The translations under genes were made by a program, and so were the position numbers. A stretch of DNA of 64,000 bases from a virus. The stretch is from positions 52,156 to 116,155 of IMG/VR virus record IMGVR_UViG_3300027763_000034; one strand, 5' to 3'. Positions 9,422 to 18,839 of the stretch are shown here, one piece after another (positions within the stretch are counted from its first letter, which is position 1; each line of letters starts with the position of its first letter). A model generated the notes under the pieces. The model made no database searches. It was not told the origin of the DNA and worked only from the letters and a program-made list of their open reading frames with translations.

Positions 9422-10072
9422 TCAAGGCATTACGGAAACATTACCAACACGATCAATCCCAAATAATAAAATATTTTTTTGAGATCCTTTTTTAAAAGTA
9501 ATTACTGGCATATATAAATTTTGTGTATCTTCTGGTATATAGTACGCATTGTCTGGTATGTCCGCTTTAAACTCTTTGCAGCTGAAGTCCATGTCACAAC
9601 TTAGAAATATTGGAGTATCTCGATCTTGATACCAAGAAAACTTAGCTCCAGGGTTTACATGGTTTTTTGCTATCTGATTATAAAATTGATATAGCCTTAA
9701 TGTAGACTTATCTGTATAGTCATCATGTGGAGAATCATCTAGAAATATCGTATCATACGTCCCAAGGCCATTTAAAGCCTTTTGCCAAGATCCTTCTACA
9801 ATTATGACTCTATGCCTTTGTTCTCCCGCCCACTTACGAGCCTTCTGAAGTACCTCTGGGCTACTTTCAATGATGGTGTGTGACTCTATGTCATGCATCT
9901 GTATTTCAGTGGCTGAAAACCCCATTCCAAAGCCGATTTCCAAAACATGACCTTTGGGATTTAAATTTTTAATAATAGCTTGCATATACGGCTTTTCCCA
10001 TTCCATCATTACCTGGAAATTATTTTTATCAATTAAAATATCTTTGTCGTACTGATCTTTTCCGTATTCCAT
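9422..10072 (-). CDS. SAM-dependent methyltransferase, GAMT/RMT2-like
   Basis: VMMEWEKPYM, VLEIGFGMG, HTIIE, YDTIFLD; leaderless start. Confidence 0.8.
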   Translation of the reverse strand: MEYGKDQYDKDILIDKNNFQVMMEWEKPYMQAIIKNLNPKGHVLEIGFGMGFSATEIQMHDIESHTIIESSPEVLQKARKWAGEQRHRVIIVEGSWQKALNGLGTYDTIFLDDSPHDDYTDKSTLRLYQFYNQIAKNHVNPGAKFSWYQDRDTPIFLSCDMDFSCKEFKADIPDNAYYIPEDTQNLYMPVITFKKGSQKNILLFGIDRVGNVSVMP

Positions 10073-10327
10073 ATCTTAATTGTAGCATTTGTATTTTAGT
10101 CGACTGCTATTTCATATTTCTAAAAATGTTAATATATTTTTATTATGTATGATACATACCTAAAAACAAAACGGACATTTGGGATAGACCGCACATATTA
10201 AGCGTGAATGTGTCCTATCTCACAGGATAATTCTAAGATTTATTCCGACACGCCGAGAGATAACTTGATAAATGTCAGTCCCCTAGTGTAGAGTTATCTT
10301 ATAACAACAAACGAAAGGAGTCACACA

Positions 10328-10504
10328 ATGACTCAACTTACAGAAACACTATACAGCACTATTGTGCACGACTTCCATAATGGTGGGGTCAAGTCCTCTT
10401 ATGGACTCAATGCCTATACACGCAAGGCTCTATTGCGTGACCTACTCTCTAGCAAGGCTTGCTATTGCATAGAGTGCGTGTGTGAGGTAACTCACACCGC
10501 ATAA
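10328..10504 (+). CDS. Small early protein (58 aa, Cys-rich C-terminus)
   Basis: Follows promoter 10273 and the ACGAAAGGAG RBS. Confidence 0.65.
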   Translation: MTQLTETLYSTIVHDFHNGGVKSSYGLNAYTRKALLRDLLSSKACYCIECVCEVTHTA

Positions 10505-10594
10505 GGCTCACGCTACGGCGTGTCGCCTTGATAATGTCAGCCCACTAGGCTACAATACTTACTATAACTACTAACGAAAAGGATAGAAAATAAA

Positions 10595-10747
10595 ATGAAG
10601 ATAACTTACTCACTATGGGACGGCGCTCAACTACTAGGCGTGGATTTCACCGCTAATAGCGCAGACGAAATGAATAAGGTCGTAGCAGACCTAATGAAAG
10701 TTTCTCGTAATGTCGTAGCACATATGCGAAAGGTAGAGCAGAACTAA
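10595..10747 (+). CDS. Small early protein (50 aa)
   Basis: Follows promoter 10535 and RBS; stop overlaps the next ATG. Confidence 0.65.
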   Translation: MKITYSLWDGAQLLGVDFTANSADEMNKVVADLMKVSRNVVAHMRKVEQN

Positions 10748-10929
10748 TGTCATACGCATACTCATACCAAACTAACTCAATAGATAAATATAACTCTATT
10801 CAATCAGATGTCGCAGACGCATACGCATACCTTGATGAAGAAGAAACAGAGCAACCCCCTGTTGATGATTTTGATGATGTAGATGATGAAGAATTGGCGC
10901 AAGTATTCGCACTAAGTTGGGATAACTAA
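10747..10929 (+). CDS. Small, highly acidic early protein
   Basis: D/E-rich 60 aa; translationally coupled. Confidence 0.6.
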   Translation: MSYAYSYQTNSIDKYNSIQSDVADAYAYLDEEETEQPPVDDFDDVDDEELAQVFALSWDN

Positions 10930-11175
10930 TGAACTTAGAACTAAACGGATATGGTCTATGCCTAGATAGCGATTGGTTCTATGTCGCACTAGATTGGAAA
11001 CTAATAACACTAACCGCCCTAGTGGTAATCGCCTATAAGATTTATAAGAGAAAGAAGAATAAGTAATGACTACTAATCGCCTACTAACTACCCTAGTGCA
11101 ACTGGGTATTGGTATCCCCGCCCTGCTTATGCTACGCCTTGCTATAAAAGACTTCTTAGAGAATGGACTAGATTA

Positions 11176-11370
11176 ATGAAATCGGAATTAGAGAGAGATT
11201 TAGAAATCAAAGAAAGTTTTATTGATTTACTAAATGATGTTTATCCTACTGTAAAAATCGGTTACTCTACATTCACACCCGCCGAGATTTTGGAGTGTTG
11301 CGATCCTATCGCTTTTTCTATCGGACTAATTGAGCACCAAGATTATTTAGAAGAATTAGAAGAAGAATAA
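11176..11370 (+). CDS. Small acidic early protein
   Basis: Coupled start; ends exactly at a repeat module. Confidence 0.65.
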   Translation: MKSELERDLEIKESFIDLLNDVYPTVKIGYSTFTPAEILECCDPIAFSIGLIEHQDYLEELEEE

Positions 11371-11429
11371 CGGCGTGTCGGCTTGACAATGTCAAGCTGG
11401 CCCGCAAAGGCACGGGGTCGGGCGTGTCG
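11368..11429 (+). repeat. Inter-cassette repeat with GCTTGAC-N3-GTCAAGC palindrome; partial copies at 12953-13000 and 13961-14000
   Basis: TAACGGCGTGTCGGCTTGACAAWGTCAAGCTGGCCCGCAA is shared with 13961; AGCTGGCCCGCAAAGGCACGGGGTCGGGCGTGTC is shared with the ~12967-13000 copy. Confidence 0.9.
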
Positions 11430-11580
11430 TTACGGGCTTTGCATAGAACCCCTAGAATTTTGTGATTTTTATCACATAGGTTGAGCGTCTCAGTATTTGG
11501 ATTTACTGGCTAGTAATTATCTTATGTCAGTGGGTTCGTGTATAATGTCTACTATAACAACAACGAAAGAAGGTCAATTC

Positions 11581-11700
11581 ATGAACCTAGATGAATTCAA
11601 GGCGCATGTTATCGCCACCCGTCAAGCAAGCAAGGCAGAAGCCTTGTCAGTGCTATCTGCTACAATGTCAGTATCAACAACAACGAAAGAAGGAAAGTAA
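11581..11700 (+). CDS. Small early protein (39 aa) whose 3' half is a duplicated promoter cassette
   Basis: RBS at 11561-11573; track start 11497 lies upstream of the promoter. Confidence 0.55.
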   Translation: MNLDEFKAHVIATRQASKAEALSVLSATMSVSTTTKEGK

Positions 11701-11894
11701 TGTCAGCAAATGTTTACAATGTAACCGATTTACTAATCGGAAAAACTTATCGCTCAAATTCCGTAACTGGAGAAATTATCTCAGCGGAAATTCACCCGCA
11801 AGCAATTTGGTATGAAGGCGCAGAAGCGTATCGTGTCCAAATTAGAAAAAATACTGGCGGTTATACTTATCGCAGTTTGGCGGTAAATAAATGA
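11700..11894 (+). CDS. Small beta-rich early protein
   Basis: Own promoter and RBS; shares TG.I..EIHPQA with 14717-14896. Confidence 0.7.
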   Translation: MSANVYNVTDLLIGKTYRSNSVTGEIISAEIHPQAIWYEGAEAYRVQIRKNTGGYTYRSLAVNK

Positions 11895-12466
11895 ACACAA
11901 TGATTGACGAAAATGAATTTTATACAATTCACGAACCAACTTTTATGTGTTGTGATGAAAGCCAATTTCGTTATGTGTGTAAAGCACACGGCGAAAGTAT
12001 GGGTTGCTACTTTTGCGAATTTGACTACTCTAATGATTGCGAGGAACAACACTAATGGGATACATTGAAATTTTCCGAATGGATAACGAAGGTGCTGGCT
12101 GGGTAGATTTATCCGAAGCAACACCCGATGAATTATTCAACATTGAATTAGGTCTAGTCAATGAAGGTGCGTTTGACGGCTCTTTATTTATGAATGGGGA
12201 AAACGAATGAGCGAAATTGCTGGAATGTGGATTTGCTCTAATTGCGATACTCTCGCCATTGTGTCAGTGGAAACTGATACAATACTTGTAACACAATGTA
12301 AATGCGTAACTAACGAAAGGGAAACTAATGAATAAATACACTTTTGGCGTTTGGCTAGACATAGACGCAGAGGATGAAAATCAAGCGTTATCTTTATTTG
12401 ATGAGGTTGTAAAGAAAAATCCTTTTGTTTCAGACTCTTATTGTTTTGAATGGAAAGAGGTTGCTA

Positions 12467-12670
12467 ATGTATAAAATAACTCTAGCCTATGACGGAAATG
12501 CCCCACACTGGCAGGGCGATTACTATGATGAAATGGAAGCGTGGTCAGCGTTTTTCAAATTCACCGACTGGGGATTTGCTGATGAATTCTCAACTGTAAA
12601 TATTTACACTCCCGAATTGAAATGCTACACAAAAAACTTTTATCGTAGCGGAATGGTGGTAGCAAAATGA
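12467..12670 (+). CDS. Small early protein
   Basis: GAGG RBS before ATG 12467. Confidence 0.6.
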   Translation: MYKITLAYDGNAPHWQGDYYDEMEAWSAFFKFTDWGFADEFSTVNIYTPELKCYTKNFYRSGMVVAK

Positions 12671-12858
12671 TGACACGCAAAGACTATGTGGCAACGGCAG
12701 AAATTCTAAAGTTTGCTAGCGACAAAACGCACCCTGCTTTATTTTCTAAAATCGTAAATGATTTTGCTGAAATGTTTGCGAAAGATAATGAGCGATTTGA
12801 TGTAAAACGATTTCACGAAGCGAGTGGATACAATGTTCCTAAACTCACTTCAAGATAA
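12667..12858 (+). CDS. Small early protein
   Basis: MTRKDY..A.IL...F..DN.RFD..RF pattern, also seen at the C-terminus of 37209-37718. Confidence 0.7.
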   Translation: MMTRKDYVATAEILKFASDKTHPALFSKIVNDFAEMFAKDNERFDVKRFHEASGYNVPKLTSR

Positions 12859-13100
12859 GGTAAAACGAATTCAGGAATTGCGTCGCAGTAATGCGGCGCA
12901 ACCTGTTCGTAATAAAAAAAAATACACACGCAAGATCAAACATAAAAATAAACTTGACAATTAGCCAGCTGGCCCGCAAAGGCACGGGGTCGGGCGTGTC
13001 TTTAAGGGTGTGATCAATATCACCCTGGAAATTTGGGCCAGGATTGGAATATGTCGGTCCATTCTGCTATACTTGCCATTCAACCAACGATTGGGCTCCA

Positions 13101-13820
13101 ATGAAATTAAAACGTTCTAATGATAGAAAGGTGGCTAACCTTGTCACAAAAAATGGAAAGCAAGCCGCAATTGCGAACACGTTCGGATTACCTGCAGGAA
13201 AGAATTATTCATGCCCTGGTGCCACTAGTATTTGTGAGAGTGTTTGCTACGCAGGAAAACTTGAAAAGTTATTCCCAGGAGTAAAAACTAATCTGCTACA
13301 CAATTGGGATCTTCTGCGTAATGCGGATATGGATACAATGCTTATTCTATTGGATGAGATGATTGTTGAATTTATTGCTGATTGTGAAAAGAAAGACGCT
13401 CCTAAATTATTCCGTATCCACTGGGACGGCGATTTCTTCAATGATACTTATACCTATGCCTGGAAAGTAATTATTGAAAATCATCCCGATGTGCAATTTT
13501 GGGTTTACACACGTGTAAAGTCTGCAGCGCTTATTCTAAAGGATGTATCTAATCTATCTCTTTACTATTCCACCGACGATGAAAATAAAGAAATAGCATT
13601 CGATTTGAAAACTAATTCTAAGGTCCGCCTTGCTTACCTAGGCAAGACATTCGCTGCAACCGAAGACACAATGAAAGAGTTGACTGGTAAGCCTGGTGCT
13701 AAGTGTCCTGAGAATATGAAGAGTATTCCACTTATCTCTAGCAATGGGTCCGCCTGCGTATCTTGTGGCCTATGTGTATACGGTAAAGCGGATATTAGAT
13801 TTTCTGCGAGTAAAAAATAA
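13101..13820 (+). CDS. GP88-like (radical-SAM-related, Cys-rich) phage protein
   Basis: FGLPAG..SCPGA...C...CYA, FRIHWDGDF, FWVYTR, C..CGLC; start corrected to 13101, downstream of promoter 13052. Confidence 0.75.
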   Translation: MKLKRSNDRKVANLVTKNGKQAAIANTFGLPAGKNYSCPGATSICESVCYAGKLEKLFPGVKTNLLHNWDLLRNADMDTMLILLDEMIVEFIADCEKKDAPKLFRIHWDGDFFNDTYTYAWKVIIENHPDVQFWVYTRVKSAALILKDVSNLSLYYSTDDENKEIAFDLKTNSKVRLAYLGKTFAATEDTMKELTGKPGAKCPENMKSIPLISSNGSACVSCGLCVYGKADIRFSASKK

Positions 13821-14152
13821 TGTATGACGTTATCGGATCCATTCTTGGAATTGGATTAATTGCATTCTTGTGCTCACCAATTGTGCTAGCAGTGTACATG
13901 TGGAATGGTGCAAAATTTGATGATGATAATGATGGAATAGAAGATTTACCTAATCGTTGGTAACGGCGTGTCGGCTTGACAAAGTCAAGCTGGCCCGCAA
14001 TATTGTGGGGGGTTATCCACAGGCTTACGGGAGTTATCCACAACCCCTGGAATTGTGAGTATTATCACAAAAGCTGCGACACGCCCATAATGGATTAGGT
14101 AATGTCAGTGGCAAATGCTATAATACTCTTATCCAACAACGAAAGGTAACAA

Positions 14153-14359
14153 ATGACACCAGTAGAACACTCACTCAAATTCGTAACTGAGTTTGACGAA
14201 ACACACCCTATCGCAAAACAATTTCTAAACTTAGATGAACAATCACAAATTACAATGCTAGAGTCAATGCTAAAAGATTTATTGGTATCTGCTATTCAAC
14301 CAGTAATTGACCAAATAAATGAAAATGGCTCTTACGCAATTCTAAAGGTGGCTAACTAA
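14153..14359 (+). CDS. Small early protein
   Basis: Promoter 14103 and CAACGAAAGG leader. Confidence 0.7.
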   Translation: MTPVEHSLKFVTEFDETHPIAKQFLNLDEQSQITMLESMLKDLLVSAIQPVIDQINENGSYAILKVAN

Positions 14360-14622
14360 TGGGATACAATACAGCGTTAGATTTAGCAGACTTAGATTTA
14401 GAACAAGGTATTGCTATTCACTTACAAAGTAATCATTACCCGCCCGTTCCTTATTCTATGGTGAAGCCGTGTATCGATGCTATCGATGCTTGGTGGGATG
14501 GCGATAGCGATAAACTGATCGAAATGCCTGAAGGCGTATCTTATCGAGGAGATAAGTTTGCCCCCGCTCACGCAATAATTGACCAACACCACTTACACGC
14601 TTGGCTACAAGAAAGTGATTAG
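14359..14622 (+). CDS. Hypothetical early protein
   Basis: HL..NHYPPVP...HHL..W; translationally coupled. Confidence 0.7.
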   Translation: MGYNTALDLADLDLEQGIAIHLQSNHYPPVPYSMVKPCIDAIDAWWDGDSDKLIEMPEGVSYRGDKFAPAHAIIDQHHLHAWLQESD

Positions 14623-14716
14623 CATCACACAATAACTTTCTCAAATAATGAGATAGGGCTAGACTAATGTCAGACCCCAATGCTACAATACTACCTAACA
14701 AAGAAAAGAGGCAAAA

Positions 14717-14896
14717 ATGACAATAGAAGGAAAACTCTATCAGGTCGGCGATTTATTCACCAGCCTAAAGTCAAAAAAGACAGGTGTTATCAAAGAGATA
14801 CACCCACAGGCATCTGGCTCGGTGCGTGTGCTACTGGAACTACCTAGCAAGGAAACTCGCTGGACTTCAGTATCAGCCAAGACACTACTTGGCTAA
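14717..14896 (+). CDS. Small SH3/KOW-like early protein (59 aa)
   Basis: Promoter 14668 and GAGG RBS; YQVGD...KTGVIKEIHPQA. Confidence 0.65.
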   Translation: MTIEGKLYQVGDLFTSLKSKKTGVIKEIHPQASGSVRVLLELPSKETRWTSVSAKTLLG

Positions 14897-15062
14897 TAAG
14901 ACGGAGGCATACACCATAATCGGGTGCTAAGCCACGAAACAGGGACAGTTTAGGAGAGTATCTAGTCCAATGTCGTAAGTAAGAACTCTCCCCCCTTCGG
15001 GGGAAATGTCAGACCCCCCTGCTATACTATCCATAACAACAACCAACGAAAGGTAATACAAA

Positions 15063-15479
15063 ATGAGCAGAGCAATAACAGTAAAGGTGGCAACACCAAA
15101 GGTAATCAAGGCACTAGAAACTCGTCTAGCAACACTAGAAAAAGACTACGCTAGTCAAACAGCAAATGAAGCAAAGTTCCAAAAGGCACACGAAGCGTGG
15201 AAAAAGGAAATTGGTAAGTGGGCTATTGCCAACTTCTCAAAGTCTGAAAACCTACGCACAAACTATCGCTCTTGGAACAACACTCTCAATGTTGATTTTG
15301 ACATCATCACAAAAGAGGGAACTTTTCCATCAGAACCTGAAAAGGATTTTGAGGTTATCCATCAGCACAGTTATCGTGAGATGAAAGAGGACATCACCAA
15401 TGCTCTCACAATTCTCAAAATGACAGATGAGGAAACAGTAAATGCTTCTACAATGAAGCAGATTGCTAAGTATCTCTAA
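15063..15479 (+). CDS. Hypothetical early protein (coiled-coil)
   Basis: Promoter 15007 and leader motif. Confidence 0.75.
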   Translation: MSRAITVKVATPKVIKALETRLATLEKDYASQTANEAKFQKAHEAWKKEIGKWAIANFSKSENLRTNYRSWNNTLNVDFDIITKEGTFPSEPEKDFEVIHQHSYREMKEDITNALTILKMTDEETVNASTMKQIAKYL

Positions 15480-15586
15480 ATAGGTTTTGGGGGGTTAGCA
15501 CACAAAGTCTAGACACCTAAACCCAAACAACCTGAGTAAGTTGCCAAACTGCTCTCCTTCGGGAAACTACTAACAAAGGTAATACA

Positions 15587-15847
15587 ATGGCAAATCGTTT
15601 CAGAGTAGAAATCTACGATGCTAACAAAGCAAATGACATCACGATTTATTCGGATCAAGGTGTTGATAAAGAGTATCTAACTGAATTAGTATTCAGTAAC
15701 ATCAGAAACTTTAGCGGAAAAATAAATGCTTATGTTTTTGATAACGTAAAGAAAAAGAAAACAACTGCGATGTTTCTTGATGAGAGCACAGTTGAGTTTA
15801 ATAAAAATCTAATTAGCAATGCTAAAAAGGTAGAGGTGGGGATTTAA
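15587..15847 (+). CDS. Hypothetical early protein
   Basis: AAAGG RBS. Confidence 0.65.
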   Translation: MANRFRVEIYDANKANDITIYSDQGVDKEYLTELVFSNIRNFSGKINAYVFDNVKKKKTTAMFLDESTVEFNKNLISNAKKVEVGI

Positions 15848-16024
15848 TCTCCAGCTCGGCCCCCGCTTTTGGGGGGTTATCCACAGGTTTACGAGTGCTT
15901 GTGGATAACCCTGAAAGTTTGTGAGAATGATCACACCGCACAATTCGGACAAATGACTAACTAACCTAGACAATGTCAGTGGCAGATGTTATACTTATGA
16001 CTAATCAAACGAAAGGAAATAAAA

Positions 16025-17029
16025 ATGGCTCATAATCTAGAAATGGAAAATGGCGAAGTTGCATTTGCACTTCGTGGTGCTCCTGCTTGGCACAATCTCG
16101 CTAACCGAATCTTTACACAAGATGAGGAAGTTACAACCGCTACAATGCTTGAAGAGGCAAAGTTAGCAAATTGGAATGTTCGTTTATCTCCAATCACTGA
16201 GCACATTCCAGAATCTTGGAATGATGTTTCTACCGCATCTCTTGTCATTCGTGATAACCCATTCAATAAGGGCGTAGATGTTCTCGCAACTGTCGGCAAG
16301 CGTTACAAGCCTGTGCAGAATGAAGAATTATTTGCATTCGCTGATGCAATTCACGATGCTAATGCTGATTGCCGTTGGGAATCTGCTGGCTCATTGAAAA
16401 AGGGTAAAGTAGTTTTCGGAACTGTAGACATTCCCCGCACAATGGTATTAGACCCACAAGGTGCTAATGACCAAACTAAACTCTATCTAATTGTATGGAC
16501 ATCACACGATGGTTCTGTTGCTGTTCAGGCAGCCGTTACACCCGTTCGTGTTGTATGCCAAAACACACTAAACCTTGCAATGAAGAATGCTAAGCAATCT
16601 TTCAAGATTCGCCACACGCAATCTGTTGAAGGTCGCATTCAGGTTGCTCGTGAAACTCTTGGAATGGCGCTTGGCTATTTCGATGAGTTCGAAGTTCAAG
16701 CAAAAGCACTTTATGCTCAAGCAATTACTGATGCTGAATTCTCTAAGTTGATTCAGACAATCTATCCTAAGCCTGAAAAAGATGCTAAGGGTGCAATCAA
16801 GAAGTGGGAAAATAAGGTCGTTCTAATTGATGACCTTTATCATAACTCACCAACTAACGCTACAATCAAGGGAACTAAGTGGGGTGCGTTCAATGCACTA
16901 ACTGAGCGCCTTGATTATTATCGTTCAGGTCGTGGCAATGGCGAAACACTTATGGCGGGTGCATCAGGGTTCGACCCAGTTCTAACCGCAGAAAAAAATA
17001 AGTTGTATCGTATGGTTGCAACTTTCTAA
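16025..17029 (+). CDS. DUF932 / TIGR03299-like phage-plasmid protein
   Basis: AWH.L, Y.PVQN, ESAGSL..G, SHDGS, TPVRVVCQNTL, IRHT, GT.WGAFNA.TE..D. Confidence 0.88.
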   Translation: MAHNLEMENGEVAFALRGAPAWHNLANRIFTQDEEVTTATMLEEAKLANWNVRLSPITEHIPESWNDVSTASLVIRDNPFNKGVDVLATVGKRYKPVQNEELFAFADAIHDANADCRWESAGSLKKGKVVFGTVDIPRTMVLDPQGANDQTKLYLIVWTSHDGSVAVQAAVTPVRVVCQNTLNLAMKNAKQSFKIRHTQSVEGRIQVARETLGMALGYFDEFEVQAKALYAQAITDAEFSKLIQTIYPKPEKDAKGAIKKWENKVVLIDDLYHNSPTNATIKGTKWGAFNALTERLDYYRSGRGNGETLMAGASGFDPVLTAEKNKLYRMVATF

Positions 17030-17082
17030 AAAACTAAATAAAAATCCTGAGCAAGATTTAAAACTGCTCACAATTTTTTCTT

Positions 17083-17156
17083 GGTCTGTTAGCTCAGTTG
17101 GTTAGAGCGCTACCCTGTCACGGTAGAGGTCGACGGTTCAAGTCCGTTACAGATCG
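17083..17156 (+). tRNA. tRNA-Asp(GUC)
   Basis: GGTCTGT/ACAGATC acceptor, CTACC-CTGTCAC-GGTAG anticodon arm, TTCAAGT loop. Confidence 0.92.
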
Positions 17157-17260
17157 CAAAGCGCCCCCAAAGGTAAGGGATCAAAAAGTGTGTTACGAAT
17201 CACAAAAAAAATCCCTGAAAGCTATTGTAAATGTCAGTGGGCTCGTGTATAATTCTCATC

Positions 17261-17917
17261 ATGACCAACGAACTAGTATCAACTAAGTATACATTTGCCT
17301 GTGACCCAGACGAATGCGATGTATTAATAGAACTAACATCATCTGACGGATTTGGATTCCCGTCGGGTGTGACTGAAATCACTTGTCCTTGTGGCCGTAA
17401 GCCAGTCTTATTGTCAGTGGTCAATGCTACAATTGCTCCTATAACCCAAACGAAAGAGGAAAAAATGGAACCAACAACAACACCAATCCCTGAGTCATAT
17501 AACTCTAATCTATTGGTAACCTACAAAGTTATCCGTGGATTCTCAGATGCAGAATATGCAACTGATAAAGTTACAAGTCTTGAATGGGACTTACACAATG
17601 GACGTCAGGCACAGAAGCACAATGCAGTTCTCCAAGGCAAGATTGATTCGGCTAAAGAAATTATCTGCGAGGCATATGCAGACTCACAAGACCAAGATAC
17701 CTTGCGTGAAATTGCTGAAGCGCTTGGCATTGAACTAATCAAGGAAGTTGAATGGTCTGCATCTATTGAAGTTAGCGGAACATATTCTTTCAACATTCTT
17801 GAGAATGATTATGATATGGACCTTGAATCAGAAATTACAGATGCAATCTTTGCTGATTCACATCACGGTAACATTGAAATCAATGACCAAGAAGTATGTA
17901 ATGTGCGTGAGAACTAA
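17261..17917 (+). CDS. Hypothetical early protein; Cys-rich N-terminal part fused in frame to an independently promoted ORF starting at 17465
   Basis: Leaderless ATG 7 nt after the -10; internal promoter 17412 and RBS. Confidence 0.7.
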   Translation: MTNELVSTKYTFACDPDECDVLIELTSSDGFGFPSGVTEITCPCGRKPVLLSVVNATIAPITQTKEEKMEPTTTPIPESYNSNLLVTYKVIRGFSDAEYATDKVTSLEWDLHNGRQAQKHNAVLQGKIDSAKEIICEAYADSQDQDTLREIAEALGIELIKEVEWSASIEVSGTYSFNILENDYDMDLESEITDAIFADSHHGNIEINDQEVCNVREN

Positions 17918-18129
17918 TGTACTTTGAGTTGACCGCTCCCGATAGGCTATCTCTTGAGATGGCTTATTGGGATGCACAAATCACAGGGCTCGACCCTGAA
18001 TTTATGCCGCCATTGACATTCAACATTGGAACTGGTAGTATTGAGAAAGTTAGTCGCATTCGTGATAAGTATAATTTAAAAGAATCATACTGGTCAGACA
18101 GAGAAGCGACAGGATACAGGGAGAAGTAA
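17917..18129 (+). CDS. Small early protein
   Basis: Translationally coupled. Confidence 0.6.
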   Translation: MYFELTAPDRLSLEMAYWDAQITGLDPEFMPPLTFNIGTGSIEKVSRIRDKYNLKESYWSDREATGYREK

Positions 18130-18271
18130 TGTCAGATTACAAAGATGGATTTCAAGACGGGTATAAGTTTGCTCGTGAAGAACTAATGGAAAAGTTAGCA
18201 GAGATTGATATTGCTGACATTGACTCTTGGATCCTTGACCGTCTTTCAGAAATGATTGAGGGTGGCAACCT

Positions 18272-18463
18272 GTGATGGCTGAATGGCTTAAGTGTGATCA
18301 GTGTGCAGCTCAGGCAATGTGGGAAGCAAAGAAAGATGAGATGTCTCTTTATTTTTGTGGACATCATAAAAACAAACAGGGCGAGTCACTTGTGGACTGG
18401 GCCCATGAAATGGTACAATTACTAAACTACGAGCAAGAACAACAACTAGCAAAGGCGGAATAA
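18272..18463 (+). CDS. Small Zn-finger-like protein
   Basis: CDQC...LYFCGHH. Confidence 0.65.
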   Translation: MMAEWLKCDQCAAQAMWEAKKDEMSLYFCGHHKNKQGESLVDWAHEMVQLLNYEQEQQLAKAE

Positions 18464-18464
18464 A

Positions 18465-18833
18465 ATGGGCGACAGAGCAAACTTTGGATTCAGAGATTCC
18501 AAGGAAAATATTGTATTTTTATATGGACATTGGGCAGGGCACCGAATGCTAGAGAATTTAGCGGACGCCGTGCAGATTGCACATCCACGTTGGAATGATG
18601 AAGCATATGCTACACGTATTGCTATCAGCCAAATGATTGGTGATGAGTGGGCTAGCGAAACAGGCTGGGGCATTAGTGTTAATCAATTGGCAGATAATGA
18701 ACACAAGGTCCCAATTATTGATTGGAAAAATAAAACGTTTACGTTAATGGAAGAAGACCTGCAGACTGTAGTATTTAGTACAACCTTGGATGCATTTGTG
18801 GCCAAGTATTGTAGTCAACTAAGTATGGTATAA
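18465..18833 (+). CDS. Hypothetical early protein
   Basis: MGDRAN...LYGHW.G...RW.D..YA.RI pattern. Confidence 0.7.
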   Translation: MGDRANFGFRDSKENIVFLYGHWAGHRMLENLADAVQIAHPRWNDEAYATRIAISQMIGDEWASETGWGISVNQLADNEHKVPIIDWKNKTFTLMEEDLQTVVFSTTLDAFVAKYCSQLSMV

Positions 18834-18839
18834 TTAATC

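Larger units (their letters stand above)
10246..14085. promoter_or_regulatory. 7 (C)GACACGCC boxes (WhiA GACAC-type)
   Basis: + orientation at 10246 and 14077; reverse at 10517, 11372, 11421, 12993, 13965. Confidence 0.6.

Noticed and set aside
11368-14000. Boundary repeats as CRISPR repeats or transposon ends (GGGGTC start)
   Set aside because: Spaced by whole genes, in direct orientation, with no transposase or target duplications.
17098-17286. ORF over tRNA-Asp (also 38532-38780 and 47110-47349)
   Set aside because: They translate tRNA genes and regulatory DNA.
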